Below, piece by piece: positions 1-13,000 of a stretch of DNA of 64,000 bases. The first letter of the stretch is position 1. Every line of letters begins with the position of its first letter. This DNA is from Balanoglossus misakiensis (taxonomy: Eukaryota > Animalia > Hemichordata): contig CM082587.2 in assembly GCA_040954595.2 (NCBI GenBank), positions 11,835,262 through 11,899,261 of the forward strand, given 5' to 3'. A program made the translations under genes and the position numbers. A model generated the notes under the pieces. The model was not told the origin of the DNA and made no database searches. It saw only the letters and a list, made by a program, of their open reading frames with translations.

Positions 1-145
1 GTGGGCCAGTTTATTGGTGGCAGTTGAGCTGAGAAGAGCACCTTCCTTCCCGGCACGCCACCAAGTAAAGTTCCACGCCGCCCACCACAGATGCCAGCAT
101 TCATTCATGCGAGTGAGTGTAATTGCAAATTTGCCTATTCTAGAT

Positions 146-322
146 CTGTAATGGAAATGGAGAAAGTACCTTATATTTTCTGTAAAATAGACATTTAATT
201 GGCAAGCCGTCCTGCATCAATTATGAATTGTGTACATGCACTAAAGCGCCCTCACTGCTGGGTGTGTTGTATGGTCTTTAACCCTGTTTCAAATTAGAGT
301 ACTTTCTGCAATTTCAAGACAG
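146..322. mobile_element. 177-bp MITE (representative copy; one in every 452-bp monomer, ~95 complete copies)
   Basis: Left end CTGTAATGGAAATGGAGAAAGTAC (146-169) vs reverse complement of right end CTGTCTTGAAATTGCAGAAAGTAC (299-322): 19/24 match. Flanked by AT on both sides within AGATCT palindromes. Cleanly absent from short monomers. The TSD/TIR boundary is ambiguous (AT, GATC or AGATCT) because the site is palindromic. Confidence 0.88.
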
Positions 323-1947
323 ATCTTACGTGCCATTGGAGAGCTCCATTGACTGGTCATTCATACTGTTTTCATTCATTCATTGCGGCATCAATATATT
401 TTATCTATTCTAGCCAAAGAGCTTGGCACCTGTTGAAATGAACTCATCTGCTGTGGGCCAGTTTATTGGTGGCAGTTGAGCTGAGGAGAGCACCTTCCTT
501 CCCGGCACGCCACCAAGTAAAGTTCCACGCCGCCCACCACAGATGCCAGCATTCATTCATGCGAGTGAGTGTAATTGCAAATTTGCCTATTCTAGATCTG
601 TAATGGAAATGGAGAAAGTACCTTATATTTTCTGTAAAATAGACATTTAATTGGCAAGCCGTCCTGCATCAATTATGAATTGTGTACATGCACTAAAGCG
701 CCCTCACTGCTGGGTGTGTTGTATGGTCTTTAACCCTGTTTCAAATTAGAGTACTTTCTGCAATTTCAAGACAGATCTTACGTGCCATTGGAGAGCTCCA
801 TTGACTGGTCATTCATACTGTTTTCATTCATTCATTGCGGCATCAATATATTTTATCTATTCTAGCCAAAGAGCTTGGCACCTGTTGAAATGAACTCATC
901 TGCTGTGGGCCAGTTTATTGGTGGCAGTTGAGCTGAGGAGAGCACCTTCCTTCCCGGCACGCCACCAAGTAAAGTTCCACGCCGCCCACCACAGATGCCA
1001 GCATTCATTCATGCGAGTGAGTGTAATTGCAAATTTGCCTATTCTAGATCTGTAATGGAAATGGAGAAAGTACCTTATATTTTCTGTAAAATAGACATTT
1101 AATTGGCAAGCCGTCCTGCATCAATTATGAATTGTGTACATGCACTAAAGCGCCCTCACTGCTGGGTGTGTTGTATGGTCTTTAACCCTGTTTCAAATTA
1201 GAGTACTTTCTGCAATTTCAAGACAGATCTTACGTGCCATTGGAGAGCTCCATTGACTGGTCATTCATACTGTTTTCATTCATTCATTGCGGCATCAATA
1301 TATTTTATCTATTCTAGCCAAAGAGCTTGGCACCTGTTGAAATGAACTCATCTGCTCTGGGCCAGTTTATTGGTGGCAGTTGAGCTGAGGAGAGCACCTT
1401 CCTTCCCGGCACGCCACCAAGTAAAGTTCCACGCCGCCCACCACAGATGCCAGCATTCATTCATGCGAGTGAGTGTAATTGCAAATTTGCCTATTCTAGA
1501 TCTGTAATGGAAATGGAGAAAGTACCTTATATTTTCTGTAAAATAGACATTTAATTGGCAAGCCGTCCTGCATCAATTATGAATTGTGTACATGCACTAA
1601 AGCGCCCTCACTGCTGGGTGTGTTGTATGGTCTTTAACCCTGTTTCAAATTAGAGTACTTTCTGCAATTTCAAGACAGATCTTACGTGCCATTGGAGAGC
1701 TCCATTGACTGGTCATTCATACTGTTTTCATTCATTCATTGCGGCATCAATATATTTTATCTATTCTAGCCAAAGAGCTTGGCACCTGTTGAAATGAACT
1801 CATCTGCTGTGGGCCAGTTTATTGGTGGCAGTTGAGCTGAGAAGAGCACCTTCCTTCCCGGCACGCCACCAAGTAAAGTTCCACGCCGCCCACCACAGAT
1901 GCCAGCATTCATTCATGCGAGTGAGTGTAATTGCAAATTTGCCTATT

Positions 1948-1960
1948 CTAGAATCTTACG
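1948..1960. other. MITE-loss scar type A, CTAGAATCTTACG (274-bp monomer, 12 copies)
   Basis: Read directly. Copies are marked by the 73-aa '...ILESY...' ORFs. Confidence 0.85.
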
Positions 1961-2221
1961 TGCCATTGGAGAGCTCCATTGACTGGTCATTCATACTGTT
2001 TTCATTCATTCATTGCGGCATCAATATATTTTATCTATTCTAGCCAAAGAGCTTGGCACCTGTTGAAATGAACTCATCTGCTGTGGGCCAGTTTATTGGT
2101 GGCAGTTGAGCTGAGGAGAGCACCTTCCTTCCCGGGACGCCACCAAGTAAAGTTCCACGCCGCCCACCACAGATGCCAGCATTCATTCATGCGAGTGAGT
2201 GTAATTGCAAATTTGCCTATT

Positions 2222-2234
2222 CTAGATTCTTACG
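2222..2234. other. MITE-loss scar type B, CTAGATTCTTACG (274-bp monomer, 13 copies)
   Basis: Read directly. Copies are marked by the 73-aa '...ILDSY...' ORFs, and most are linked to the CCCGGGAC SNP. Confidence 0.85.
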
Positions 2235-2947
2235 TGCCATTGGAGAGCTCCATTGACTGGTCATTCATACTGTTTTCATTCATTCATTGCGGCATCAATA
2301 TATTTTATCTATTCTAGCCAAAGAGCTTGGCACCTGTTGAAATGAACTCATCTGCTGTGGGCCAGTTTATTGGTGGCAGTTGAGCTGAGGAGAGCACCTT
2401 CCTTCCCGGCACGCCACCAAGTAAAGTTCCACGCCGCCCACCACAGATGCCAGCATTCATTCATGCGAGTGAGTGTAATTGCAAATTTGCCTATTCTAGA
2501 TCTGTAATGGAAATGGAGAAAGTACCTTATATTTTCTGTAAAATAGACATTTAATTGGCAAGCCGTCCTGCATCAATTATTAATTGTGTACATGCACTAA
2601 AGCGCCCTCACTGCTGGGTGTGTTGTATGGTCTTTAACCCTGTTTCAAATTAGAGTACTTTCTGCAATTTCAAGACAGATCTTACGTGCCATTGGAGAGC
2701 TCCATTGACTGGTCATTCATACTGTTTTCATTCATTCATTGCGGCATCAATATATTTTATCTATTCTAGCCAAAGAGCTTGGCACCTGTTGAAATGAACT
2801 CATCTGCTGTGGGCCAGTTTATTGGTGGCAGTTGAGCTGAGGAGAGCACCTTCCTTCCCGGCACGCCACCAAGTAAAGTTCCACGCCGCCCACCACAGAT
2901 GCCAGCATTCATTCATGCGAGTGAGTGTAATTGCAAATTTGCCTATT

Positions 2948-2958
2948 CTAGAATTACG
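2948..2958. other. MITE-loss scar type C, CTAGAATTACG (272-bp monomer, 17 copies)
   Basis: Read directly. Copies are marked by the 62-aa minus-strand ORFs. Confidence 0.85.
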
Positions 2959-5900
2959 TGCCATTGGAGAGCTCCATTGACTGGTCATTCATACTGTTTT
3001 CATTCATTCATTGCGGCATCAATATATTTTATCTATTCTAGCCAAAGAGCTTGGCACCTGTTGAAATGAACTCATCTGCTGTGGGCCAGTTTATTGGTGG
3101 CAGTTGAGCTGAGGAGAGCACCTTCCTTCCCGGCACGCCACCAAGTAAAGTTCCACGCCGCCCACCACAGATGCCAGCATTCATTCATGCGAGTGAGTGT
3201 AATTGCAAATTTGCCTATTCTAGATCTGTAATGGAAATGGAGAAAGTACCTTATATTTTCTGTAAAATAGACATTTAATTGGCAAGCCGTCCTGCATCAA
3301 TTATGAATTGTGTACATGCACTAAAGCGCCCTCACTGCTGGGTGTGTTGTATGGTCTTTAACCCTGTTTCAAATTAGAGTACTTTCTGCAATTTCAAGAC
3401 AGATCTTACGTGCCATTGGAGAGCTCCATTGACTGGTCATTCATACTGTTTTCATTCATTCATTGCGGCATCAATATATTTTATCTATTCTAGCCAAAGA
3501 GCTTGGCACCTGTTGAAATGAACTCATCTGCTGTGGGCCAGTTTATTGGTGGCAGTTGAGCTGAGGAGAGCACCTTCCTTCCCGGCACGCCACCAAGTAA
3601 AGTTCCACGCCGCCCACCACAGATGCCAGCATTCATTCATGCGAGTGAGTGTAATTGCAAATTTGCCTATTCTAGATCTGTAATGGAAATGGAGAAAGTA
3701 CCTTATATTTTCTGTAAAATAGACATTTAATTGGCAAGCCGTCCTGCATCAATTATGAATTGTGTACATGCACTAAAGCGCCCTCACTGCTGGGTGTGTT
3801 GTATGGTCTTTAACCCTGTTTCAAATTAGAGTACTTTCTGCAATTTCAAGACAGATCTTACGTGCCATTGGAGAGCTCCATTGACTGGTCATTCATACTG
3901 TTTTCATTCATTCATTTCGGCATCAATATATTTTATCTATTCTAGCCAAAGAGCTTGGCACCTGTTGAAATGAACTCATCTGCTGTGGGCCAGTTTATTG
4001 GTGGCAGTTGAGCTGAGAAGAGCACCTTCCTTCCCGGCACGCCACCAAGTAAAGTTCCACGCCGCCCACCACAGATGCCAGCATTCATTCATGCGAGTGA
4101 GTGTAATTGCAAATTTGCCTATTCTAGAATCTTACGTGCCATTGGAGAGCTCCATTGACTGGTCATTCATACTGTTTTCATTCATTCATTGCGGCATCAA
4201 TATATTTTATCTATTCTAGCCAAAGAGCTTGGCACCTGTTGAAATGAACTCATCTGCTGTGGGCCAGTTTATTGGTGGCAGTTGAGCTGAGGAGAGCACC
4301 TTCCTTCCCGGGACGCCACCAAGTAAAGTTCCACGCCGCCCACCACAGATGCCAGCATTCATTCATGCGAGTGAGTGTAATTGCAAATTTGCCTATTCTA
4401 GATTCTTACGTGCCATTGGAGAGCTCCATTGACTGGTCATTCATACTGTTTTCATTCATTCATTGCGGCATCAATATATTTTATCTATTCTAGCCAAAGA
4501 GCTTGGCACCTGTTGAAATGAACTCATCTGCTGTGGGCCAGTTTATTGGTGGCAGTTGAGCTGAGGAGAGCACCTTCCTTCCCGGCACGCCACCAAGTAA
4601 AGTTCCACGCCGCCCACCACAGATGCCAGCATTCATTCATGCGAGTGAGTGTAATTGCAAATTTGCCTATTCTAGATCTGTAATGGAAATGGAGAAAGTA
4701 CCTTATATTTTCTGTAAAATAGACATTTAATTGGCAAGCCGTCCTGCATCAATTATTAATTGTGTACATGCACTAAAGCGCCCTCACTGCTGGGTGTGTT
4801 GTATGGTCTTTAACCCTGTTTCAAATTAGAGTACTTTCTGCAATTTCAAGACAGATCTTACGTGCCATTGGAGAGCTCCATTGACTGGTCATTCATACTG
4901 TTTTCATTCATTCATTGCGGCATCAATATATTTTATCTATTCTAGCCAAAGAGCTTGGCACCTGTTGAAATGAACTCATCTGCTGTGGGCCAGTTTATTG
5001 GTGGCAGTTGAGCTGAGGAGAGCACCTTCCTTCCCGGCACGCCACCAAGTAAAGTTCCACGCCGCCCACCACAGATGCCAGCATTCATTCATGCGAGTGA
5101 GTGTAATTGCAAATTTGCCTATTCTAGAATTACGTGCCATTGGAGAGCTCCATTGACTGGTCATTCATACTGTTTTCATTCATTCATTGCGGCATCAATA
5201 TATTTTATCTATTCTAGCCAAAGAGCTTGGCACCTGTTGAAATGAACTCATCTGCTGTGGGCCAGTTTATTGGTGGCAGTTGAGCTGAGGAGAGCACCTT
5301 CCTTCCCGGCACGCCACCAAGTAAAGTTCCACGCCGCCCACCACAGATGCCAGCATTCATTCATGCGAGTGAGTGTAATTGCAAATTTGCCTATTCTAGA
5401 TCTGTAATGGAAATGGAGAAAGTACCTTATATTTTCTGTAAAATAGACATTTAATTGGCAAGCCGTCCTGCATCAATTATGAATTGTGTACATGCACTAA
5501 AGCGCCCTCACTGCTGGGTGTGTTGTATGGTCTTTAACCCTGTTTCAAATTAGAGTACTTTCTGCAATTTCAAGACAGATCTTACGTGCCATTGGAGAGC
5601 TCCATTGACTGGTCATTCATACTGTTTTCATTCATTCATTGCGGCATCAATATATTTTATCTATTCTAGCCAAAGAGCTTGGCACCTGTTGAAATGAACT
5701 CATCTGCTGTGGGCCAGTTTATTGGTGGCAGTTGAGCTGAGGAGAGCACCTTCCTTCCCGGCACGCCACCAAGTAAAGTTCCACGCCGCCCACCACAGAT
5801 GCCAGCATTCATTCATGCGAGTGAGTGTAATTGCAAATTTGCCTATTCTAGATCTGTAATGGAAATGGAGAAAGTACCTTATATTTTCTGTAAAATAGAC

Positions 5901-8900
5901 ATTTAATTGGCAAGCCGTCCTGCATCAATTATTAATTGTGTACATGCACTAAAGCGCCCTCACTGCTGGGTGTGTTGTATGGTCTTTAACCCTGTTTCAA
6001 ATTAGAGTACTTTCTGCAATTTCAAGACAGATCTTACGTGCCATTGGAGAGCTCCATTGACTGGTCATTCATACTGTTTTCATTCATTCATTGCGGCATC
6101 AATATATTTTATCTATTCTAGCCAAAGAGCTTGGCACCTGTTGAAATGAACTCATCTGCTGTGGGCCAGTTTATTGGTGGCAGTTGAGCTGAGAAGAGCA
6201 CCTTCCTTCCCGGCACGCCACCAAGTAAAGTTCCACGCCGCCCACCACAGATGCCAGCATTCATTCATGCGAGTGAGTGTAATTGCAAATTTGCCTATTC
6301 TAGATCTGTAATGGAAATGGAGAAAGTACCTTATATTTTCTGTAAAATAGACATTTAATTGGCAAGCCGTCCTGCATCAATTATGAATTGTGTACATGCA
6401 CTAAAGCGCCCTCACTGCTGGGTGTGTTGTATGGTCTTTAACCCTGTTTCAAATTAGAGTACTTTCTGCAATTTCAAGACAGATCTTACGTGCCATTGGA
6501 GAGCTCCATTGACTGGTCATTCATACTGTTTTCATTCATTCATTGCGGCATCAATATATTTTATCTATTCTAGCCAAAGAGCTTGGCACCTGTTGAAATG
6601 AACTCATCTGCTGTGGGCCAGTTTATTGGTGGCAGTTGAGCTGAGGAGAGCACCTTCCTTCCCGGCACGCCACCAAGTAAAGTTCCACGCCGCCCACCAC
6701 AGATGCCAGCATTCATTCATGCGAGTGAGTGTAATTGCAAATTTGCCTATTCTAGATCTGTAATGGAAATGGAGAAAGTACCTTATATTTTCTGTAAAAT
6801 AGACATTTAATTGGCAAGCCGTCCTGCATCAATTATGAATTGTGTACATGCACTAAAGCGCCCTCACTGCTGGGTGTGTTGTATGGTCTTTAACCCTGTT
6901 TCAAATTAGAGTACTTTCTGCAATTTCAAGACAGATCTTACGTGCCATTGGAGAGCTCCATTGACTGGTCATTCATACTGTTTTCATTCATTCATTGCGG
7001 CATCAATATATTTTATCTATTCTAGCCAAAGAGCTTGGCACCTGTTGAAATGAACTCATCTGCTGTGGGCCAGTTTATTGGTGGCAGTTGAGCTGAGGAG
7101 AGCACCTTCCTTCCCGGCACGCCACCAAGTAAAGTTCCACGCCGCCCACCACAGATGCCAGCATTCATTCATGCGAGTGAGTGTAATTGCAAATTTGCCT
7201 ATTCTAGATCTGTAATGGAAATGGAGAAAGTACCTTATATTTTCTGTAAAATAGACATTTAATTGGCAAGCCGTCCTGCATCAATTATGAATTGTGTACA
7301 TGCACTAAAGCGCCCTCACTGCTGGGTGTGTTGTATGGTCTTTAACCCTGTTTCAAATTAGAGTACTTTCTGCAATTTCAAGACAGATCTTACGTGCCAT
7401 TGGAGAGCTCCATTGACTGGTCATTCATACTGTTTTCATTCATTCATTGCGGCATCAATATATTTTATCTATTCTAGCCAAAGAGCTTGGCACCTGTTGA
7501 AATGAACTCATCTGCTGTGGGCCAGTTTATTGGTGGCAGTTGAGCTGAGGAGAGCACCTTCCTTCCCGGCACGCCACCAAGTAAAGTTCCACGCCGCCCA
7601 CCACAGATGCCAGCATTCATTCATGCGAGTGAGTGTAATTGCAAATTTGCCTATTCTAGATCTGTAATGGAAATGGAGAAAGTACCTTATATTTTCTGTA
7701 AAATAGACATTTAATTGGCAAGCCGTCCTGCATCAATTATGAATTGTGTACATGCACTAAAGCGCCCTCACTGCTGGGTGTGTTGTATGGTCTTTAACCC
7801 TGTTTCAAATTAGAGTACTTTCTGCAATTTCAAGACAGATCTTACGTGCCATTGGAGAGCTCCATTGACTGGTCATTCATACTGTTTTCATTCATTCATT
7901 GCGGCATCAATATATTTTATCTATTCTAGCCAAAGAGCTTGGCACCTGTTGAAATGAACTCATCTGCTGTGGGCCAGTTTATTGGTGGCAGTTGAGCTGA
8001 GAAGAGCACCTTCCTTCCCGGCACGCCACCAAGTAAAGTTCCACGCCGCCCACCACAGATGCCAGCATTCATTCATGCGAGTGAGTGTAATTGCAAATTT
8101 GCCTATTCTAGAATCTTACGTGCCATTGGAGAGCTCCATTGACTGGTCATTCATACTGTTTTCATTCATTCATTGCGGCATCAATATATTTTATCTATTC
8201 TAGCCAAAGAGCTTGGCACCTGTTGAAATGAACTCATCTGCTGTGGGCCAGTTTATTGGTGGCAGTTGAGCTGAGGAGAGCACCTTCCTTCCCGGGACGC
8301 CACCAAGTAAAGTTCCACGCCGCCCACCACAGATGCCAGCATTCATTCATGCGAGTGAGTGTAATTGCAAATTTGCCTATTCTAGATTCTTACGTGCCAT
8401 TGGAGAGCTCCATTGACTGGTCATTCATACTGTTTTCATTCATTCATTGCGGCATCAATATATTTTATCTATTCTAGCCAAAGAGCTTGGCACCTGTTGA
8501 AATGAACTCATCTGCTGTGGGCCAGTTTATTGGTGGCAGTTGAGCTGAGGAGAGCACCTTCCTTCCCGGCACGCCACCAAGTAAAGTTCCACGCCGCCCA
8601 CCACAGATGCCAGCATTCATTCATGCGAGTGAGTGTAATTGCAAATTTGCCTATTCTAGATCTGTAATGGAAATGGAGAAAGTACCTTATATTTTCTGTA
8701 AAATAGACATTTAATTGGCAAGCCGTCCTGCATCAATTATGAATTGTGTACATGCACTAAAGCGCCCTCACTGCTGGGTGTGTTGTATGGTCTTTAACCC
8801 TGTTTCAAATTAGAGTACTTTCTGCAATTTCAAGACAGATCTTACGTGCCATTGGAGAGCTCCATTGACTGGTCATTCATACTGTTTTCATTCATTCATT

Positions 8901-10011
8901 GCGGCATCAATATATTTTATCTATTCTAGCCAAAGAGCTTGGCACCTGTTGAAATGAACTCATCTGCTGTGGGCCAGTTTATTGGTGGCAGTTGAGCTGA
9001 GGAGAGCACCTTCCTTCCCGGCACGCCACCAAGTAAAGTTCCACGCCGCCCACCACAGATGCCAGCATTCATTCATGCGAGTGAGTGTAATTGCAAATTT
9101 GCCTATTCTAGATCTGTAATGGAAATGGAGAAAGTACCTTATATTTTCTGTAAAATAGACATTTAATTGGCAAGCCGTCCTGCATCAATTATGAATTGTG
9201 TACATGCACTAAAGCGCCCTCACTGCTGGGTGTGTTGTATGGTCTTTAACCCTGTTTCAAATTAGAGTACTTTCTGCAATTTCAAGACAGATCTTACGTG
9301 CCATTGGAGAGCTCCATTGACTGGTCATTCATACTGTTTTCATTCATTCATTGCGGCATCAATATATTTTATGTATTCTAGCCAAAGAGCTTGGCACCTG
9401 TTGAAATGAACTCATCTGCTGTGGGCCAGTTTATTGGTGGCAGTTGAGCTGAGGAGAGCACCTTCCTTCCCGGCACGCCACCAAGTAAAGTTCCACGCCG
9501 CCCACCACAGATGCCAGCATTCATTCATGCGAGTGAGTGTAATTGCAAATTTGCCTATTCTAGATCTGTAATGGAAATGGAGAAAGTACCTTATATTTTC
9601 TGTAAAATAGACATTTAATTGGCAAGCCGTCCTGCATCAATTATTAATTGTGTACATGCACTAAAGCGCCCTCACTGCTGGGTGTGTTGTATGGTCTTTA
9701 ACCCTGTTTCAAATTAGAGTACTTTCTGCAATTTCAAGACAGATCTTACGTGCCATTGGAGAGCTCCATTGACTGGTCATTCATACTGTTTTCATTCATT
9801 CATTGCGGCATCAATATATTTTATCTATTCTAGCCAAAGAGCTTGGCACCTGTTGAAATGAACTCATCTGCTGTGGGCCAGTTTATTGGTGGCAGTTGAG
9901 TTGAGGAGAGCACCTTCCTTCCCGGCACGCCACCAAGTAAAGTTCCACGCCGCCCACCACAGATGCCAGCATTCATTCATGCGAGTGAGTGTAATTGCAA
10001 ATTTGCCTATT

Positions 10012-10025
10012 CTAGAATTCTTACG
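10012..10025. other. MITE-loss scar type D, CTAGAATTCTTACG (275-bp monomer, 3 copies near 10.0, 38.0 and 51.4 kb)
   Basis: Read directly. Copies are marked by the 63-aa minus-strand ORFs and linked to the GAGTTGAGG SNP. Confidence 0.85.
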
Positions 10026-13000
10026 TGCCATTGGAGAGCTCCATTGACTGGTCATTCATACTGTTTTCATTCATTCATTGCGGCATCAATATATTTTATG
10101 TATTCTAGCCAAAGAGCTTGGCACCTGTTGAAATGAACTCATCTGCTGTGGGCCAGTTTATTGGTGGCAGTTGAGCTGAGGAGAGCACCTTCCTTCCCGG
10201 CACGCCACCAAGTAAAGTTCCACGCCGCCCACCACAGATGCCAGCATTCATTCATGCGAGTGAGTGTAATTGCAAATTTGCCTATTCTAGATCTGTAATG
10301 GAAATGGAGAAAGTACCTTATATTTTCTGTAAAATAGACATTTAATTGGCAAGCCGTCCTGCATCAATTATGAATTGTGTACATGCACTAAAGCGCCCTC
10401 ACTGCTGGGTGTGTTGTATGGTCTTTAACCCTGTTTCAAATTAGAGTACTTTCTGCAATTTCAAGACAGATCTTACGTGCCATTGGAGAGCTCCATTGAC
10501 TGGTCATTCATACTGTTTTCATTCATTCATTGTGGCATCAATATATTTTATCTATTCTAGCCAAAGAGCTTGGCACCTGTTGAAATGAACTCATCTGCTG
10601 TGGGCCAGTTTATTGGTGGCAGTTGAGCTGAGGAGAGCACCTTCCTTCCCGGCACGCCACCAAGTAAAGTTCCACGCCGCCCACCACAGATGCCAGCATT
10701 CATTCATGCGAGTGAGTGTAATTGCAAATTTGCCTATTCTAGAATTACGTGCCATTGGAGAGCTCCATTGACTGGTCATTCATACTGTTTTCATTCATTC
10801 ATTGCGGCATCAATATATTTTATCTATTCTAGCCAAAGAGCTTGGCACCTGTTGAAATGAACTCATCTGCTGTGGGCCAGTTTATTGGTGGCAGTTGAGC
10901 TGAGGAGAGCACCTTCCTTCCCGGCACGCCACCAAGTAAAGTTCCACGCCGCCCACCACAGATGCCAGCATTCATTCATGCGAGTGAGTGTAATTGCAAA
11001 TTTGCCTATTCTAGATCTGTAATGGAAATGGAGAAAGTACCTTATATTTTCTGTAAAATAGACATTTAATTGGCAAGCCGTCCTGCATCAATTATTAATT
11101 GTGTACATGCACTAAAGCGCCCTCACTGCTGGGTGTGTTGTATGGTCTTTAACCCTGTTTCAAATTAGAGTACTTTCTGCAATTTCAAGACAGATCTTAC
11201 GTGCCATTGGAGAGCTCCATTGACTGGTCATTCATACTGTTTTCATTCATTCATTGCGGCATCAATATATTTTATCTATTCTAGCCAAAGAGCTTGGCAC
11301 CTGTTGAAATGAACTCATCTGCTGTGGGCCAGTTTATTGGTGGCAGTTGAGCTGAGAAGAGCACCTTCCTTCCCGGCACGCCACCAAGTAAAGTTCCACG
11401 CCGCCCACCACAGATGCCAGCATTCATTCATGCGAGTGAGTGTAATTGCAAATTTGCCTATTCTAGATCTGTAATGGAAATGGAGAAAGTACCTTATATT
11501 TTCTGTAAAATAGACATTTAATTGGCAAGCCGTCCTGCATCAATTATGAATTGTGTACATGCACTAAAGCGCCCTCACTGCTGGGTGTGTTGTATGGTCT
11601 TTAACCCTGTTTCAAATTAGAGTACTTTCTGCAATTTCAAGACAGATCTTACGTGCCATTGGAGAGCTCCATTGACTGGTCATTCATACTGTTTTCATTC
11701 ATTCATTGCGGCATCAATATATTTTATCTATTCTAGCCAAAGAGCTTGGCACCTGTTGAAATGAACTCATCTGCTGTGGGCCAGTTTATTGGTGGCAGTT
11801 GAGCTGAGGAGAGCACCTTCCTTCCCGGCACGCCACCAAGTAAAGTTCCACGCCGCCCACCACAGATGCCAGCATTCATTCATGCGAGTGAGTGTAATTG
11901 CAAATTTGCCTATTCTAGATCTGTAATGGAAATGGAGAAAGTACCTTATATTTTCTGTAAAATAGACATTTAATTGGCAAGCCGTCCTGCATCAATTATG
12001 AATTGTGTACATGCACTAAAGCGCCCTCACTGCTGGGTGTGTTGTATGGTCTTTAACCCTGTTTCAAATTAGAGTACTTTCTGCAATTTCAAGACAGATC
12101 TTACGTGCCATTGGAGAGCTCCATTGACTGGTCATTCATACTGTTTTCATTCATTCATTGCGGCATCAATATATTTTATCTATTCTAGCCAAAGAGCTTG
12201 GCACCTGTTGAAATGAACTCATCTGCTGTGGGCCAGTTTATTGGTGGCAGTTGAGCTGAGGAGAGCACCTTCCTTCCCGGCACGCCACCAAGTAAAGTTC
12301 CACGCCGCCCACCACAGATGCCAGCATTCATTCATGCGAGTGAGTGTAATTGCAAATTTGCCTATTCTAGATCTGTAATGGAAATGGAGAAAGTACCTTA
12401 TATTTTCTGTAAAATAGACATTTAATTGGCAAGCCGTCCTGCATCAATTATGAATTGTGTACATGCACTAAAGCGCCCTCACTGCTGGGTGTGTTGTATG
12501 GTCTTTAACCCTGTTTCAAATTAGAGTACTTTCTGCAATTTCAAGACAGATCTTACGTGCCATTGGAGAGCTCCATTGACTGGTCATTCATACTGTTTTC
12601 ATTCATTCATTGCGGCATCAATATATTTTATGTATTCTAGCCAAAGAGCTTGGCACCTGTTGAAATGAACTCATCTGCTGTGGGCCAGTTTATTGGTGGC
12701 AGTTGAGCTGAGGAGAGCACCTTCCTTCCCGGCACGCCACCAAGTAAAGTTCCACGCCGCCCACCACAGATGCCAGCATTCATTCATGCGAGTGAGTGTA
12801 ATTGCAAATTTGCCTATTCTAGATCTGTAATGGAAATGGAGAAAGTACCTTATATTTTCTGTAAAATAGACATTTAATTGGCAAGCCGTCCTGCATCAAT
12901 TATTAATTGTGTACATGCACTAAAGCGCCCTCACTGCTGGGTGTGTTGTATGGTCTTTAACCCTGTTTCAAATTAGAGTACTTTCTGCAATTTCAAGACA

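Noticed and set aside
1-452. Tandem 5S rRNA, tRNA, snRNA or SL-RNA gene cluster
   Set aside because: No recognisable conserved sequence, A/B/C boxes or cloverleaf seen on either strand. An Rfam/Infernal scan would be decisive.
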